Origin: an uncultured Muribaculaceae bacterium
GTDB taxonomy: Bacteria; Bacteroidota; Bacteroidia; Bacteroidales; Muribaculaceae
Assembly: GCA_910579675.1 (NCBI GenBank)
Contig: CAJTUF010000013.1
Location: 15,668 to 79,667, forward strand
Direction of reading: 5' to 3'
DNA: 64,000 nucleotides
Shown here: piece by piece, positions 48,671 through 58,807 of the stretch
Layout of the letters: every line of letters starts with the position of its first letter
Position numbering within the stretch: the stretch's first letter is position 1
Notes under the pieces: generated by a model
Told to the model about the DNA's origin: nothing
Databases searched by the model: none
The model's input: the letters and a program-made list of their open reading frames with translations, nothing else
Translations under genes and position numbers: made by a program

Positions 48671-50119
48671 ATGACACATCGCCTATCACTACTATATCTA
48701 ATGTCTGTCGCGGCGGCCATGGCGGTCGCTGTAGCCTCATGTGCCGGTGGCCGCTCCTCGGCCGGCGGCGAGGTTACCGGCATCGGCGCGACGTCATGGG
48801 CCGAGCCCACCCCATATGGAATGGTGCTCGTCGACCGAGGATCAATCAAGGCCGGCCCGCAGGAAGCCGACTCGCTTTGGGGTCTGCTCCCCGACTCCCG
48901 AGGGGTGTCGGTCGATGCTTTCTGGATGGACGAGACCGAGATCACAAACTCAAAATACAAGCAGTTTGTGTTCTGGGTGCGCGACTCCATCATCCGTGAG
49001 CGCCTCGCCGACCCTGCCTATGGAGGCAACGAAGAATTTAAGATCGAGGAGGACCGCGAGGGCAATCCCGTCACCCCCCATCTCAATTGGAACAAGGCTA
49101 TACCATGGCGCAACCCCAACGAAGATGAACAGCGCGCCATCGAGAGCCTCTACCGCACCAACCCCATCACCGGTGCCCGCGAGCTCGACCCCGCCCAGCT
49201 CAATTACCGCTACGAGGTGTATAACCACACCGAGGCCGCACGTCGCCGCAACCGCCTTGACCCGCGACGCCGCGAGTACAACACCGACAAGCCGGTGCCC
49301 ACCGATGTGCCAGTGATCTCCAAAGACACCGCTTGGATCAACGACGACGGCGAGATAATACGCGAGACCGTGTCGCGAGGGCTCACCGGCGACTACGATT
49401 TTCTCAACACCTACATAGTCAACGTGTATCCCGACACCACCGCGTGGATCAACGACTTTGAAAACGCCTACAACGAGCCCTATGTCAGGATGTACTTCGC
49501 CCATGGCGGCTACAACGAATATCCTGTGGTGGGGGTGAGCTGGGAGCAGGCCAATGCCTTTGCCAACTGGCGCACCGACTACCTCAAGCGCTCGATCGGA
49601 CGCGACGGCATCTATATCGAGCCATTCCGCCTCCCGACTGAGGCCGAGTGGGAATATGCCGCACGTGCCGGAGTGTCGGAAAACAAGTATCCCTGGGAGG
49701 GCGATCTGCCGCTCACCGAAGACAAAGGATGCTTCTATGCCAACTTCAAGCCCCAGGAGGGCAACTATGTGCAGGACGGCCATCTCATCACTTCGCGCGT
49801 GGGCACATATGCCCCCAACGATTTCGGCCTCTACGACATGGCCGGCAATGTGAGCGAATGGACCTCGACAGCTTTCACCGAGAGTGTGAGCAAGCTCACC
49901 AGCGACCTCAATCCCGAATACCGATACGACGCCGCCGTCGACGACCCCTATAAGATGAAGCGCAAGATAGTACGCGGCGGATCGTGGAAAGATGTGGCCC
50001 ATAACGTGAGATCGGATCTCCGCATGTGGGAATATCAGAATGAGCAGCGATCCTATATCGGTTTCCGCTGCGTGCGCACCCAGATCGGCTTTGCCAAAGG
50101 CAACAAGAAAGGCAAGTGA
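48671..50119 (+). CDS. porK: Type IX secretion lipoprotein PorK/GldK (SUMF1/FGE fold)
   Basis: Lipobox VASC; FWMDETEITN, RLPTEAEWEYAAR, GLYDMAGNVSEW and IGFRCV. Confidence 0.93.
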   Translation: MTHRLSLLYLMSVAAAMAVAVASCAGGRSSAGGEVTGIGATSWAEPTPYGMVLVDRGSIKAGPQEADSLWGLLPDSRGVSVDAFWMDETEITNSKYKQFVFWVRDSIIRERLADPAYGGNEEFKIEEDREGNPVTPHLNWNKAIPWRNPNEDEQRAIESLYRTNPITGARELDPAQLNYRYEVYNHTEAARRRNRLDPRRREYNTDKPVPTDVPVISKDTAWINDDGEIIRETVSRGLTGDYDFLNTYIVNVYPDTTAWINDFENAYNEPYVRMYFAHGGYNEYPVVGVSWEQANAFANWRTDYLKRSIGRDGIYIEPFRLPTEAEWEYAARAGVSENKYPWEGDLPLTEDKGCFYANFKPQEGNYVQDGHLITSRVGTYAPNDFGLYDMAGNVSEWTSTAFTESVSKLTSDLNPEYRYDAAVDDPYKMKRKIVRGGSWKDVAHNVRSDLRMWEYQNEQRSYIGFRCVRTQIGFAKGNKKGK

Positions 50120-50167
50120 TAGCCTGTCGCCTAAACGTGTCAACAATTCATCAGCTCCCTGAAGCAC

Positions 50168-51073
50168 ATGAAAAAGATAAGGAAATATAAAAATATCATC
50201 GAACGCTTCCTTTCGGGCGAGAGCGGCCAGAGGTTTTTCAACTTCGCCTATTCAATAGGCGCCGCCATCGTGATATGGGGCGCGCTATTCAAAATACTCC
50301 ACCTCCCAGGCGGCAACACCCTCCTGTGTATCGGTATGGGCACCGAGGTGCTTATGTTTATACTCACCGCCTTCGACCGGCCATCGCGCGACTATCATTG
50401 GGAAGAAGTGTTTCCCGTACTCGCTTCCCGCAATCCCGACGACCGCCCAGACTTTGCCGAAGGGCAGGCACAAGGCCCTACCGTAGTCATTGCCGGTAAC
50501 GCTCCCTCGGCAGCGGCGCCCTCATCCTCAGCCATCCATACCCCTGCCCCGGTGCTCACCGGCGATCCCATGGCCGATGTTTCAGCCGTGACCGACAATT
50601 ACATCAGCCGCATGAGCGCCATAGCCGAACAGATGTCGCATCTTCAGTCGTCGACCGAAGCGCTCAATGCCGCTTCCGACTCCCTCCTCGCAGCCTTCCG
50701 CGCTATCTCGGGTAATTCCGACCCGGCAGAGGCATCCGCCGCCGGGTATGTGGAGCAGATGCAGGCCCTCAACCGCAATATCCAGGGACTCAACACCATC
50801 TATGAGATTCAGCTCAAGAGTGTCAGCTCGCAGCTCGATGCAATCGACAGAGTAAACCGCGGAATCAAGGATATCCGCGACATGTATGAGCGCTCGGCGA
50901 GTCAGAGCTCACGCTATGCAGAGGAGACCGAGAAGATGGCCCGACAGATGCAGCAGCTCAATATGCTCTACGAGCGCATGATTCAGGCCATGACTATCAA
51001 TATGTATCACCCGGCCGCTCCGATGGCTCCCGCAGCACAGGCCGAGACCGCACCTCAGTCCAACCCATCATAA
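50168..51073 (+). CDS. porL: Type IX secretion motor protein PorL/GldL
   Basis: YSIGAAIVIWGALFKILH, GMGTE and WEEVFP; coiled-coil C-terminus. Confidence 0.93.
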   Translation: MKKIRKYKNIIERFLSGESGQRFFNFAYSIGAAIVIWGALFKILHLPGGNTLLCIGMGTEVLMFILTAFDRPSRDYHWEEVFPVLASRNPDDRPDFAEGQAQGPTVVIAGNAPSAAAPSSSAIHTPAPVLTGDPMADVSAVTDNYISRMSAIAEQMSHLQSSTEALNAASDSLLAAFRAISGNSDPAEASAAGYVEQMQALNRNIQGLNTIYEIQLKSVSSQLDAIDRVNRGIKDIRDMYERSASQSSRYAEETEKMARQMQQLNMLYERMIQAMTINMYHPAAPMAPAAQAETAPQSNPS

Positions 51074-51085
51074 ACATTCAGATCC

Positions 51086-52645
51086 GTGGCACAATCATCA
51101 GGCAAAATGTCGCCCCGTCAGAAGATGATCAACCTCATGTATATCGTTCTGACGGCTATGCTGGCTCTCAACGTCTCAAGCGACGTCCTCAACGGCTTCA
51201 CGCAAGTTGAGGACGGATTGGCGCGCACCAATGCCACCGTGGCCACCCGCAATGATGCCATCCTGGCCCGACTGACCGACTTTGCCGACCGCAATCCGGA
51301 AAAGGGCAACCCATGGCTGGTGAAAGCACGCGAGGTGGCCGACGCCACTGCCGCAATGATTGCCACCGTCGACTCGCTGAAACTTTCGATAGTCAGAGCG
51401 GCCGACGGCAGCGACGCCGATGTGGCCGACATACGCAACCGCGACGACCTCGAAGCCGCATCGGTGGTGATGCTCAATCCCGCCTCGCTCCGCGGCGCCA
51501 AGCTGCGTGGCGAGGTCGACACCTATCGCGATTTCATAGAGTCATTTATCACCGACTCCACTAAAAGGGCTGCCGTTGACACTGCCCTCTCCACCGCTCC
51601 GCTCACCGACCGCATCATGGGCATCAAGCGCTTGTGGGAGGAGGCCAAGTTTGAAAACCAACCGGTTGTGGCAGCCGTGACGCTGCTCACCAAGCTCCAG
51701 AACGACATACGCTTTGCCGAGGGCGAAGCCCTGTCATCTCTGCTTGCCAATGTTGATGCCGGCGATGTGAGGGTCAACGAACTCAATGCTTTCGTGATTC
51801 CCGACAGCCGCCTTGTGATGCGCGGCGAGAAATATTCGGCCAACATAGTGCTGGCAGCCGTCGACACCACGGCGCGCCCGGTGATCACTGTCGGAGGCCG
51901 CACTCTCCCCGCCTCAGCTGCAGGCCGGTATGAGTTTGTGGCCTCTCAGACCGGATCGTTCGACTACTCGGGCTCTCTGGATGTGACCCACGGCGACGGC
52001 ACAGTCACCTCCCATCCTTTCAGCTCATCGTATGTGGTGATGGAACCCTCGGCCACTGTCAGTGCCACGATGATGAATGTGCTCTACGCCGGCATCGACA
52101 ACCCGGTGAGCATATCAGTGCCCGGCGTGCCGACCGGTGGCGTCACGGCTTCGATGACCAACGGCACCCTTACCCGCAGCGGCGACGGATGGACTGCGCG
52201 CCCCGACAAGGTTGGCTCCGACGCGGTGATCACCGTATCGGCAGCTCTTTCGGGCGGGACTCCACAGAATGTGGCCACCACCACCTTCCGAGTGCGCGCC
52301 CTCCCAGATCCGACAGCATATATCGCAATAGGCGACGAGCGCTTCCGGGGCGGGCGCATGTTGCCCAAGGCTCAGCTTCTCGCCGCCAAAGGACTCGGAG
52401 CCGCCATCGACGACGGTATGCTCAATATCGACTTCAAGGTCGTGAGCTTCGAGACAATCTTCTACGACTCTATGGGAAATGTCATACCGGAACTTTCCGA
52501 CGGATCATCCTTCTCACGCCGCCAGCTCGACCAATTCAGACGCCTGAGCCGAGGCAAGCGCTTCTTCATCTCGCGCATCAAGGCTGTCGGGCCCGACGGC
52601 AAGGAACGCACCCTTCCAGCCGCCCTCGAGGTGATAGTAGGCTGA
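51086..52645 (+). CDS. porM: Type IX secretion motor protein PorM/GldM
   Basis: SPRQKMINLMYIVLTAMLALNVS and MNVLYAGIDNP; GTG start. Confidence 0.95.
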   Translation: MAQSSGKMSPRQKMINLMYIVLTAMLALNVSSDVLNGFTQVEDGLARTNATVATRNDAILARLTDFADRNPEKGNPWLVKAREVADATAAMIATVDSLKLSIVRAADGSDADVADIRNRDDLEAASVVMLNPASLRGAKLRGEVDTYRDFIESFITDSTKRAAVDTALSTAPLTDRIMGIKRLWEEAKFENQPVVAAVTLLTKLQNDIRFAEGEALSSLLANVDAGDVRVNELNAFVIPDSRLVMRGEKYSANIVLAAVDTTARPVITVGGRTLPASAAGRYEFVASQTGSFDYSGSLDVTHGDGTVTSHPFSSSYVVMEPSATVSATMMNVLYAGIDNPVSISVPGVPTGGVTASMTNGTLTRSGDGWTARPDKVGSDAVITVSAALSGGTPQNVATTTFRVRALPDPTAYIAIGDERFRGGRMLPKAQLLAAKGLGAAIDDGMLNIDFKVVSFETIFYDSMGNVIPELSDGSSFSRRQLDQFRRLSRGKRFFISRIKAVGPDGKERTLPAALEVIVG

Positions 52646-52688
52646 TATATATGATCCCATATCCCACCACTTTGCTCCATACTCTTAC

Positions 52689-53849
52689 ATGATGAAAAGG
52701 TTTTTACGACATATCGCCATAGCATCCGTAGTGATGGCCTCGCTCTTAGCTCTGGCCGAGGATGCATCTGCCCAGACCGACACGTCGAAATCGTCGTCGT
52801 CGAGCGCCATTACCCGCAAGCGTGGCTCCGACAAGGACAATACTGGTGCCGATGGCCGGGCCACTGCTGTCACCGACCGTATGCAACAGCGCTTTGACTC
52901 AACACCCGATGTGGGCGATGCCGACAAGGAGTGGATGAGAGTGATCTACCGGCAGCTCGATCTCGACCGCGCCGCCAACGCTCCCCTCTACTATCCTGTC
53001 GATATAATCGACGGCGAGGAAAACCTCTTCCGCATCATCATGCGGCTCCTCATGGCCGATCAGATCAAGGCATATGAGTATCTCGATGGCCGCGAGATAT
53101 TCACCGACAAATACCGCCTCGCAGTGCGCGACCTGCTCGACAAGTGCTATATTGCATACTCCGAGGCCAAAGGGTCGACTGAGAAAAGTCCCCGCTTTGT
53201 AGCCGACGAGGCCGATATTCCCGCCGCAGAGGTGCTACGGTATTATGTGATAGAGCAATGGGAATTTGACCGCCGCAACAATCGTCTGCACAACAACATC
53301 CTGGCTATATGCCCGGTATTGATGCGTGTGGGCGAATACTCCTCCGAGCCCGAGCCTATGCCACTCTTCTGGATCAGATACAGCGACCTCCGTCCCCATC
53401 TGCTCACCCGCTCGGTGTTCATGACCGACGACAACAACCTGCCAACAGGCACCTACGACGACTATTTCACCCTTGGCCGCTACGATGGCGAAATATACAA
53501 GACACGCAACCTGCGCAATCTCTCTATGGCTCAGATGTATCCCGAGCCTGAGGCCCGCAAGCAGGCACAGGACTCCATACAGGCCACCCTCGACAACTTT
53601 AACAAGAAGCTATGGGTGCCGTCGCTCGACGAGCTGACAGCTGCGCGAGAGGCGCGGGAGGCCGCAGCTGCTCCAGACTCTGCCACCACCGCTCAGGAGA
53701 GCGCAAAGCCCTCGCGCTCACGATCGGCTCGTGCCGCTGCAAAAAAAAGCTCCAAGACAACCAAAGCACGCAAAGCAAAGAAAGAGCCCAAAGCTAAGCC
53801 GGCCGCCTCGTCGACCGCCACACGCAGCGTCAGAAACCGCAGGAAATAA
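52689..53849 (+). CDS. porN: Type IX secretion ring protein PorN/GldN
   Basis: WMRVIYRQLDL..NAPLYYP, ILAICPV and PLFWI; Lys/Ala-rich tail. Confidence 0.92.
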   Translation: MMKRFLRHIAIASVVMASLLALAEDASAQTDTSKSSSSSAITRKRGSDKDNTGADGRATAVTDRMQQRFDSTPDVGDADKEWMRVIYRQLDLDRAANAPLYYPVDIIDGEENLFRIIMRLLMADQIKAYEYLDGREIFTDKYRLAVRDLLDKCYIAYSEAKGSTEKSPRFVADEADIPAAEVLRYYVIEQWEFDRRNNRLHNNILAICPVLMRVGEYSSEPEPMPLFWIRYSDLRPHLLTRSVFMTDDNNLPTGTYDDYFTLGRYDGEIYKTRNLRNLSMAQMYPEPEARKQAQDSIQATLDNFNKKLWVPSLDELTAAREAREAAAAPDSATTAQESAKPSRSRSARAAAKKSSKTTKARKAKKEPKAKPAASSTATRSVRNRRK

Positions 53850-53873
53850 CCCTCAATCCAGAATCAACATCCC

Positions 53874-54398
53874 ATGACATCACAGAACATCAACCATATG
53901 GCCGACGGACAATTCTCGCTCCGTGTGGCACGTATCGACGAAATTCCCGCCGCCTCACGCTTTCACCGCTGGAGCATACTGCGCTTCAAGGGTGAACCGG
54001 TGGGTGTGACCATCTCCACCGATTTCCGTCTCGACCCAGATCGCCCCGACATTCTGCGTCTGCGCCTCACTGCCCACTACCACACAGTGAGGAGCCAGAT
54101 CATCCGACCGCTGCTCGACTACGGCATCGAAGTAGTGTTTGAGGTTGGCGACCTTGACAAGATGGTTTCTGAAGGCAACCATGAGCTGCTGCTACCAACC
54201 GGGCTGGCCTCGCTCACCCTCAGCCTCGGCATAGGCGCCATGCGCGGCATGATAGCCCTCGGAGTGCGCAACACATTCCTGTCGCACTATCCTCTGCCGG
54301 TGTTCCGCATATCCGACATCGTCAACTCCATCGCGGACCCCGACGGCGACACCGCCGGAACCGGACGTCTGGCCACCATACGCCTTTCAGACATCTGA
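53874..54398 (+). CDS. Hypothetical cytoplasmic protein, possible SecB-like fold
   Basis: Alternating beta-strand patterns followed by helix GIGAMRGMI and YPLPVF; no signal peptide. Confidence 0.5.
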   Translation: MTSQNINHMADGQFSLRVARIDEIPAASRFHRWSILRFKGEPVGVTISTDFRLDPDRPDILRLRLTAHYHTVRSQIIRPLLDYGIEVVFEVGDLDKMVSEGNHELLLPTGLASLTLSLGIGAMRGMIALGVRNTFLSHYPLPVFRISDIVNSIADPDGDTAGTGRLATIRLSDI

Positions 54399-54530
54399 GC
54401 CACTGCTCCGATGCCACCCCCGTGGCCCCGCTCCCCTTTTTTGGTTAATTAGTGGTAATAATTGGCTAAGAGGGGTGTGGGGCACCACTTTTTTCATGCT
54501 GCGGATGTGAGCGGATTAAAAAGTTTGTTG

Positions 54531-54571
54531 TATCTTTGCAGTGTACGCAGTGTGACTTACGACACACTGCG
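54531..54571 (+). promoter_or_regulatory. -7 promoter box and 5' hairpin of mutAB
   Basis: TATCTTTG (54531-54538); CGCAGTGTG / CACACTGCG stem at 54546-54571. Confidence 0.55.
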
Positions 54572-54618
54572 CTCAGTGAATACCGCAAATCGATATACCA
54601 CTCACACTACACCATATC

Positions 54619-56484
54619 ATGGCAGAAAAAAAAGAACGTTTGTTTGACCAGTTCCCCCCTGTCTCCACGGCCGAATGGAAGGCCAAGGTGGAGGCTGACC
54701 TCAAGGGAGCTCCCTTCGACAAAAAACTGGTGTGGCGCACCAATGAGGGCTTCAATGTGCAGCCCATGTATCGCGCCGAGGACATAGCCGATCTCAAGTC
54801 GCTTGACTCCAAGCCCGGAGAATTTCCCTTCGTCCGCGGCACCCGCAACGACAACGACTGGCTCTCGCGTCAGGAAATCATTGCCGACACCCCCGCCGAG
54901 GCCAACGAAAAAGCCCGCGAGGTGCTCACCAAAGGCATCAACTCCCTCGGTTTCAAGGTGGCCGACCCATCGGCTGAGACCGTTGCCATCCTCCTCGAAG
55001 GCATTGACACCGCTGCTGTAGAGATCAACTTCTCATGCTGCCCCAAGAGCGCACCCGCTCTTGCCAAGGCCCTTGTGGACTATCTTGTGGCACACGGTAC
55101 CGCCGACAGCTTCCGCGGCTCGATCGACTTCAACCCCTTCCGTCGCTCGCTCAAACACGGCACCCCCTTCCAGGGCGATATCACCGCCATGGCCAAAGAG
55201 CTCATTGCCACAGCAGCACCCGTAGCCGGTCTTAAAGTGCTCGCCGTCGACTCAGTGATGCTCTCCAATGCCGGTGCATACATCTATCAGGAGCTCGGCT
55301 ACGCCCTCGCATGGGGCGCCCAGTGGCTCACCTCGCTCACCGACGCCGGCCTCACAGTCGACGAAGTTGCAAAGCGCATCAAATTCAATATGGGCATCTC
55401 CTCCAACTACTTCATGGAGCTTGCCAAATTCCGCGCCGGCCGCATGCTCTGGGCCGAAATCGTGAAACTCTACGGACCTGAGTGCCTCTGCTCTGCCAAA
55501 ATGGCGGTCCACGCATCAACCTCGCGCTTCAACCAGACCATCTTCGACGCCCATGTCAACCTGCTCCGCTCCCAGACCGAATGTATGAGCGCCGCTCTTG
55601 CAGGTGTCGACTCCATCACCGTAACCCCCTTCGACGCCCCCTACAAGCGCCCCGACGAATTTTCCGAGCGCATTGCCCGCAACCAGCAGTTCCTCCTCAA
55701 AGAGGAGAGCCATCTCGACAAAGTGGTCGATCCGGCCGGCGGCAGCTACTATGTGGAGACCCTCACCATGGCCATCGCCCGCGAAGCGTGGAAGCTCTTC
55801 CTCGAAGTTGAGGAGAAGGGCGGATTTGAAGCCTGTCTGGCCGATAATTCGGTGCAGGGCGCTATCCGCGAGGCTTCGGCCAAGCGCCACACTGATGTAG
55901 CCCGCCGCAAAGAGATTCTGCTCGGCACCAACCAATACCCCAACATCAACGAGACCGCTACAGCCAAAATTGAAAACATTGGCTGCGCCAACGCCTGCGG
56001 CTGCAACCACGCCCACCACGACGAGGAGCCCCAGGGACAGGGTCTGCCCACCACCCGCGCCGCTTCCGACTTCGAGGCCCTGCGTCTGGCCACCGAGGCA
56101 GCATCGAAGCGCCCCAAAGTGTTCATGCTCACCATCGGCAATCTGGCCATGCGTCTGGCCCGCGCGCAGTTCTCGACCAACTTCTTCGGCTGTGCCGGCT
56201 ACGAGATCATCGACAACCTTGGCTTCGACACCGTGGAGCAGGGCATAGATGCCGCTCTTGAAAAAGGAGCCGACGTTGTGGTACTCTGCTCGTCCGACGA
56301 CGAATACGCCACCCTCGCTCCCGAGGCATTCAAATATCTCGACGGTCGCGCCGAATTTGTAGTGGCCGGTGCTCCCGCCTGCACCGAAGAGCTTCAGGCC
56401 CAGGGCATCAAAGATTTCATCCACGTGCGCGTGAATGTGCTCGACACCCTCCGCGACTTCAACAGCCGCCTTCTCGACAAGTAA
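54619..56484 (+). CDS. mutA: Methylmalonyl-CoA mutase small (beta) subunit
   Basis: WKAKVEADLKG, PGEFPFVRG, DPAGGSYYVE and LCSSDDEY; lacks the DxHxxG B12 motif. Confidence 0.93.
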   Translation: MAEKKERLFDQFPPVSTAEWKAKVEADLKGAPFDKKLVWRTNEGFNVQPMYRAEDIADLKSLDSKPGEFPFVRGTRNDNDWLSRQEIIADTPAEANEKAREVLTKGINSLGFKVADPSAETVAILLEGIDTAAVEINFSCCPKSAPALAKALVDYLVAHGTADSFRGSIDFNPFRRSLKHGTPFQGDITAMAKELIATAAPVAGLKVLAVDSVMLSNAGAYIYQELGYALAWGAQWLTSLTDAGLTVDEVAKRIKFNMGISSNYFMELAKFRAGRMLWAEIVKLYGPECLCSAKMAVHASTSRFNQTIFDAHVNLLRSQTECMSAALAGVDSITVTPFDAPYKRPDEFSERIARNQQFLLKEESHLDKVVDPAGGSYYVETLTMAIAREAWKLFLEVEEKGGFEACLADNSVQGAIREASAKRHTDVARRKEILLGTNQYPNINETATAKIENIGCANACGCNHAHHDEEPQGQGLPTTRAASDFEALRLATEAASKRPKVFMLTIGNLAMRLARAQFSTNFFGCAGYEIIDNLGFDTVEQGIDAALEKGADVVVLCSSDDEYATLAPEAFKYLDGRAEFVVAGAPACTEELQAQGIKDFIHVRVNVLDTLRDFNSRLLDK

Positions 56485-56514
56485 ATCCCCACCCTCTATA
56501 AGCTACTATCATCA

Positions 56515-58662
56515 ATGAAACCCGATTTCAAAACAATAGATATCGCCAGCGACCCCTTTGTCGCAGCTCCCGCTCCGGCGGCCGCACCGGCTCAGGGTGA
56601 GGATTGGCTTACCCCCGAGCTCATCCCCGTAAAACCGGTCTACACCAAAGAGGATCTTGAGGGAATGGAACACCTCAACTATGTGTCAGGTCTTCCCCCC
56701 TTCCTGCGTGGCCCTTACAGCGCCATGTATCCTCTCCGTCCCTGGACCATCCGCCAGTATGCAGGCTTCTCCACCGCCGCTGAGAGTAACGCCTTCTACC
56801 GCCGCAACCTTGCTTCGGGTCAGAAAGGCCTCTCCGTGGCATTTGACCTCGCCACACACCGTGGCTACGATGCTGACCATGCCCGTGTGGTAGGCGACGT
56901 AGGTAAGGCTGGCGTGTCGATCTGCTCCCTCGACGACATGAAGGTGCTCTTCGACGGCATACCCCTCAACAAGATGTCGGTGTCGATGACCATGAACGGC
57001 GCTGTGCTTCCCGTGCTCGCCTTCTACATCAACGCCGGTCTGGAGCAGGGCGCCCGCCTCGACGAGATGGCCGGCACCATCCAGAACGATATCCTCAAGG
57101 AGTTTATGGTGCGCAACACCTATATCTATCCCCCTGAATTTTCGATGCGCATCATTGCCGACATATTCGAGTACACCTCACAGAATATGCCGAAGTTCAA
57201 CTCCATCTCCATCTCCGGCTACCACATGCAGGAAGCAGGCGCTACCTGCGACATCGAGCTCGCCTACACCCTTGCCGACGGTCTTGAATATCTCCGCGCC
57301 GGCGTCAACGCAGGAATGGATATCGACGCATTCGCTCCCCGCCTCTCATTCTTCTGGGCCATCGGCATGAACTTCTTCATGGAGGTTGCCAAGATGCGCG
57401 CCGCGCGTATGCTCTGGGCCAAGATCGTGAAGCAGTTCAACCCCAAGAATCCCAAGTCGCTCGCACTCCGCACCCACTCGCAGACCTCCGGTTGGAGCCT
57501 CACCGAGCAGGATCCCTTCAACAATGTCGGCCGCACCTGCATCGAAGCCATGGGCGCCGCCCTCGGCCACACACAGAGCCTCCACACCAACGCTCTTGAC
57601 GAGGCAATCGCCCTCCCCACCGACTTCTCCGCCCGTATTGCCCGCAATACTCAGATCTATATTCAGGAGGAGACCATGGTGACCAAGCAGGTCGATCCCT
57701 GGGCCGGTTCCTACTATGTGGAGAGCCTCACCAACGAGATCGCCCACCGCGCATGGGAACACATCCAGGAGATCGAGAAACTCGGCGGCATGGCCAAAGC
57801 CATCGAGACCGGACTCCCCAAGCTCCGCATCGAGGAAGCTGCCGCCCGCACCCAGGCCCGCATCGATTCAGGCCGTCAGACCATCGTGGGTATCAACAAG
57901 TATCGTCTTGACCACGAAGATCCTATCGACATCCTCGAGATCGACAATACAGAGGTGCGCAAGGAGCAGATCGAACGCCTCAACGAGGTAAAGAGCCACC
58001 GCGACGAGGCTGCTGTCAAGAAAGCCCTCGAAGCCATTACCGAATGTGTGCGCACCAAGGAGGGCAACCTCCTCGACCTCGCAGTAAAGGCTGCCGGTCT
58101 CCGCGCCACCCTCGGCGAGATTTCCGATGCCTGCGAAGATGTCGTGGGCCGATACAAAGCTGTAATCCGAACCATTTCAGGCGTGTACTCTTCCGAAACC
58201 AAGCAGGACCCCGACTTTGTCCGTGCCCGCAAGATGACCGACGAATTTGCCAAGCGCGAAGGTCGTCAACCCCGTATCATGATTGCCAAGATGGGCCAGG
58301 ACGGCCACGACCGTGGCGCAAAAGTAGTGGCCACCGGCTATGCCGACTGCGGATTCGACGTCGACATGGGTCCCCTCTTCCAGACCCCTGCCGAGGCTGC
58401 CCGTCAGGCTGTGGAAAATGATGTCCACATCCTCGGCGTAAGCTCGCTCGCTGCCGGACACAAGACCCTCGTGCCTCAGGTGATCGAAGAGCTCAAGAAG
58501 CTCGGCCGCGAGGATATCCTCGTCACTGCCGGTGGTGTGATACCCGCCCAGGACTACGATTTCCTCTACAAGGCAGGTGTGGCCGCAATCTTTGGCCCCG
58601 GCACCCGTATCCCCGACTCTGCCATAAAGATGCTTGAGTTGCTCAACGCCGAAGAGGCCTGA
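56515..58662 (+). CDS. mutB: Methylmalonyl-CoA mutase large (alpha) subunit
   Basis: [18 protein letters not shown]12-binding motif and SSLAAGH. Confidence 0.97.
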   Translation: MKPDFKTIDIASDPFVAAPAPAAAPAQGEDWLTPELIPVKPVYTKEDLEGMEHLNYVSGLPPFLRGPYSAMYPLRPWTIRQYAGFSTAAESNAFYRRNLASGQKGLSVAFDLATHRGYDADHARVVGDVGKAGVSICSLDDMKVLFDGIPLNKMSVSMTMNGAVLPVLAFYINAGLEQGARLDEMAGTIQNDILKEFMVRNTYIYPPEFSMRIIADIFEYTSQNMPKFNSISISGYHMQEAGATCDIELAYTLADGLEYLRAGVNAGMDIDAFAPRLSFFWAIGMNFFMEVAKMRAARMLWAKIVKQFNPKNPKSLALRTHSQTSGWSLTEQDPFNNVGRTCIEAMGAALGHTQSLHTNALDEAIALPTDFSARIARNTQIYIQEETMVTKQVDPWAGSYYVESLTNEIAHRAWEHIQEIEKLGGMAKAIETGLPKLRIEEAAARTQARIDSGRQTIVGINKYRLDHEDPIDILEIDNTEVRKEQIERLNEVKSHRDEAAVKKALEAITECVRTKEGNLLDLAVKAAGLRATLGEISDACEDVVGRYKAVIRTISGVYSSETKQDPDFVRARKMTDEFAKREGRQPRIMIAKMGQDGHDRGAKVVATGYADCGFDVDMGPLFQTPAEAARQAVENDVHILGVSSLAAGHKTLVPQVIEELKKLGREDILVTAGGVIPAQDYDFLYKAGVAAIFGPGTRIPDSAIKMLELLNAEEA

Positions 58663-58696
58663 GCAATCCGAGTCTTTATCATATCCTGAATAATAA

Positions 58697-58749
58697 GGCA
58701 ACGGTTTCCGACGGCCCTGAGGGCCACGGAAGCCGTTGCCCGTTATTTT
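58697..58749 (+). terminator. Terminator after mutB
   Basis: GGCAACGGTTTCCG / CGGAAGCCGTTGCC with inner GGCCC-TGA-GGGCC, then TTATTTT. Confidence 0.8.
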
Positions 58750-58807
58750 ACCAAAACCAGATAGGCGAAACGGGTGTTATTATATCACAGACACTCACGT
58801 TACGGCT

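Noticed and set aside
54506..54516. lac operator-like TGTGAGCGGAT
   Set aside because: Only a half-site with no symmetric partner or vector context; treated as chance or as part of the GCGGAT direct repeat.
54399..54618. Cobalamin riboswitch upstream of mutAB
   Set aside because: The predicted 5' UTR is only about 75 nt and I see no B12-box consensus.
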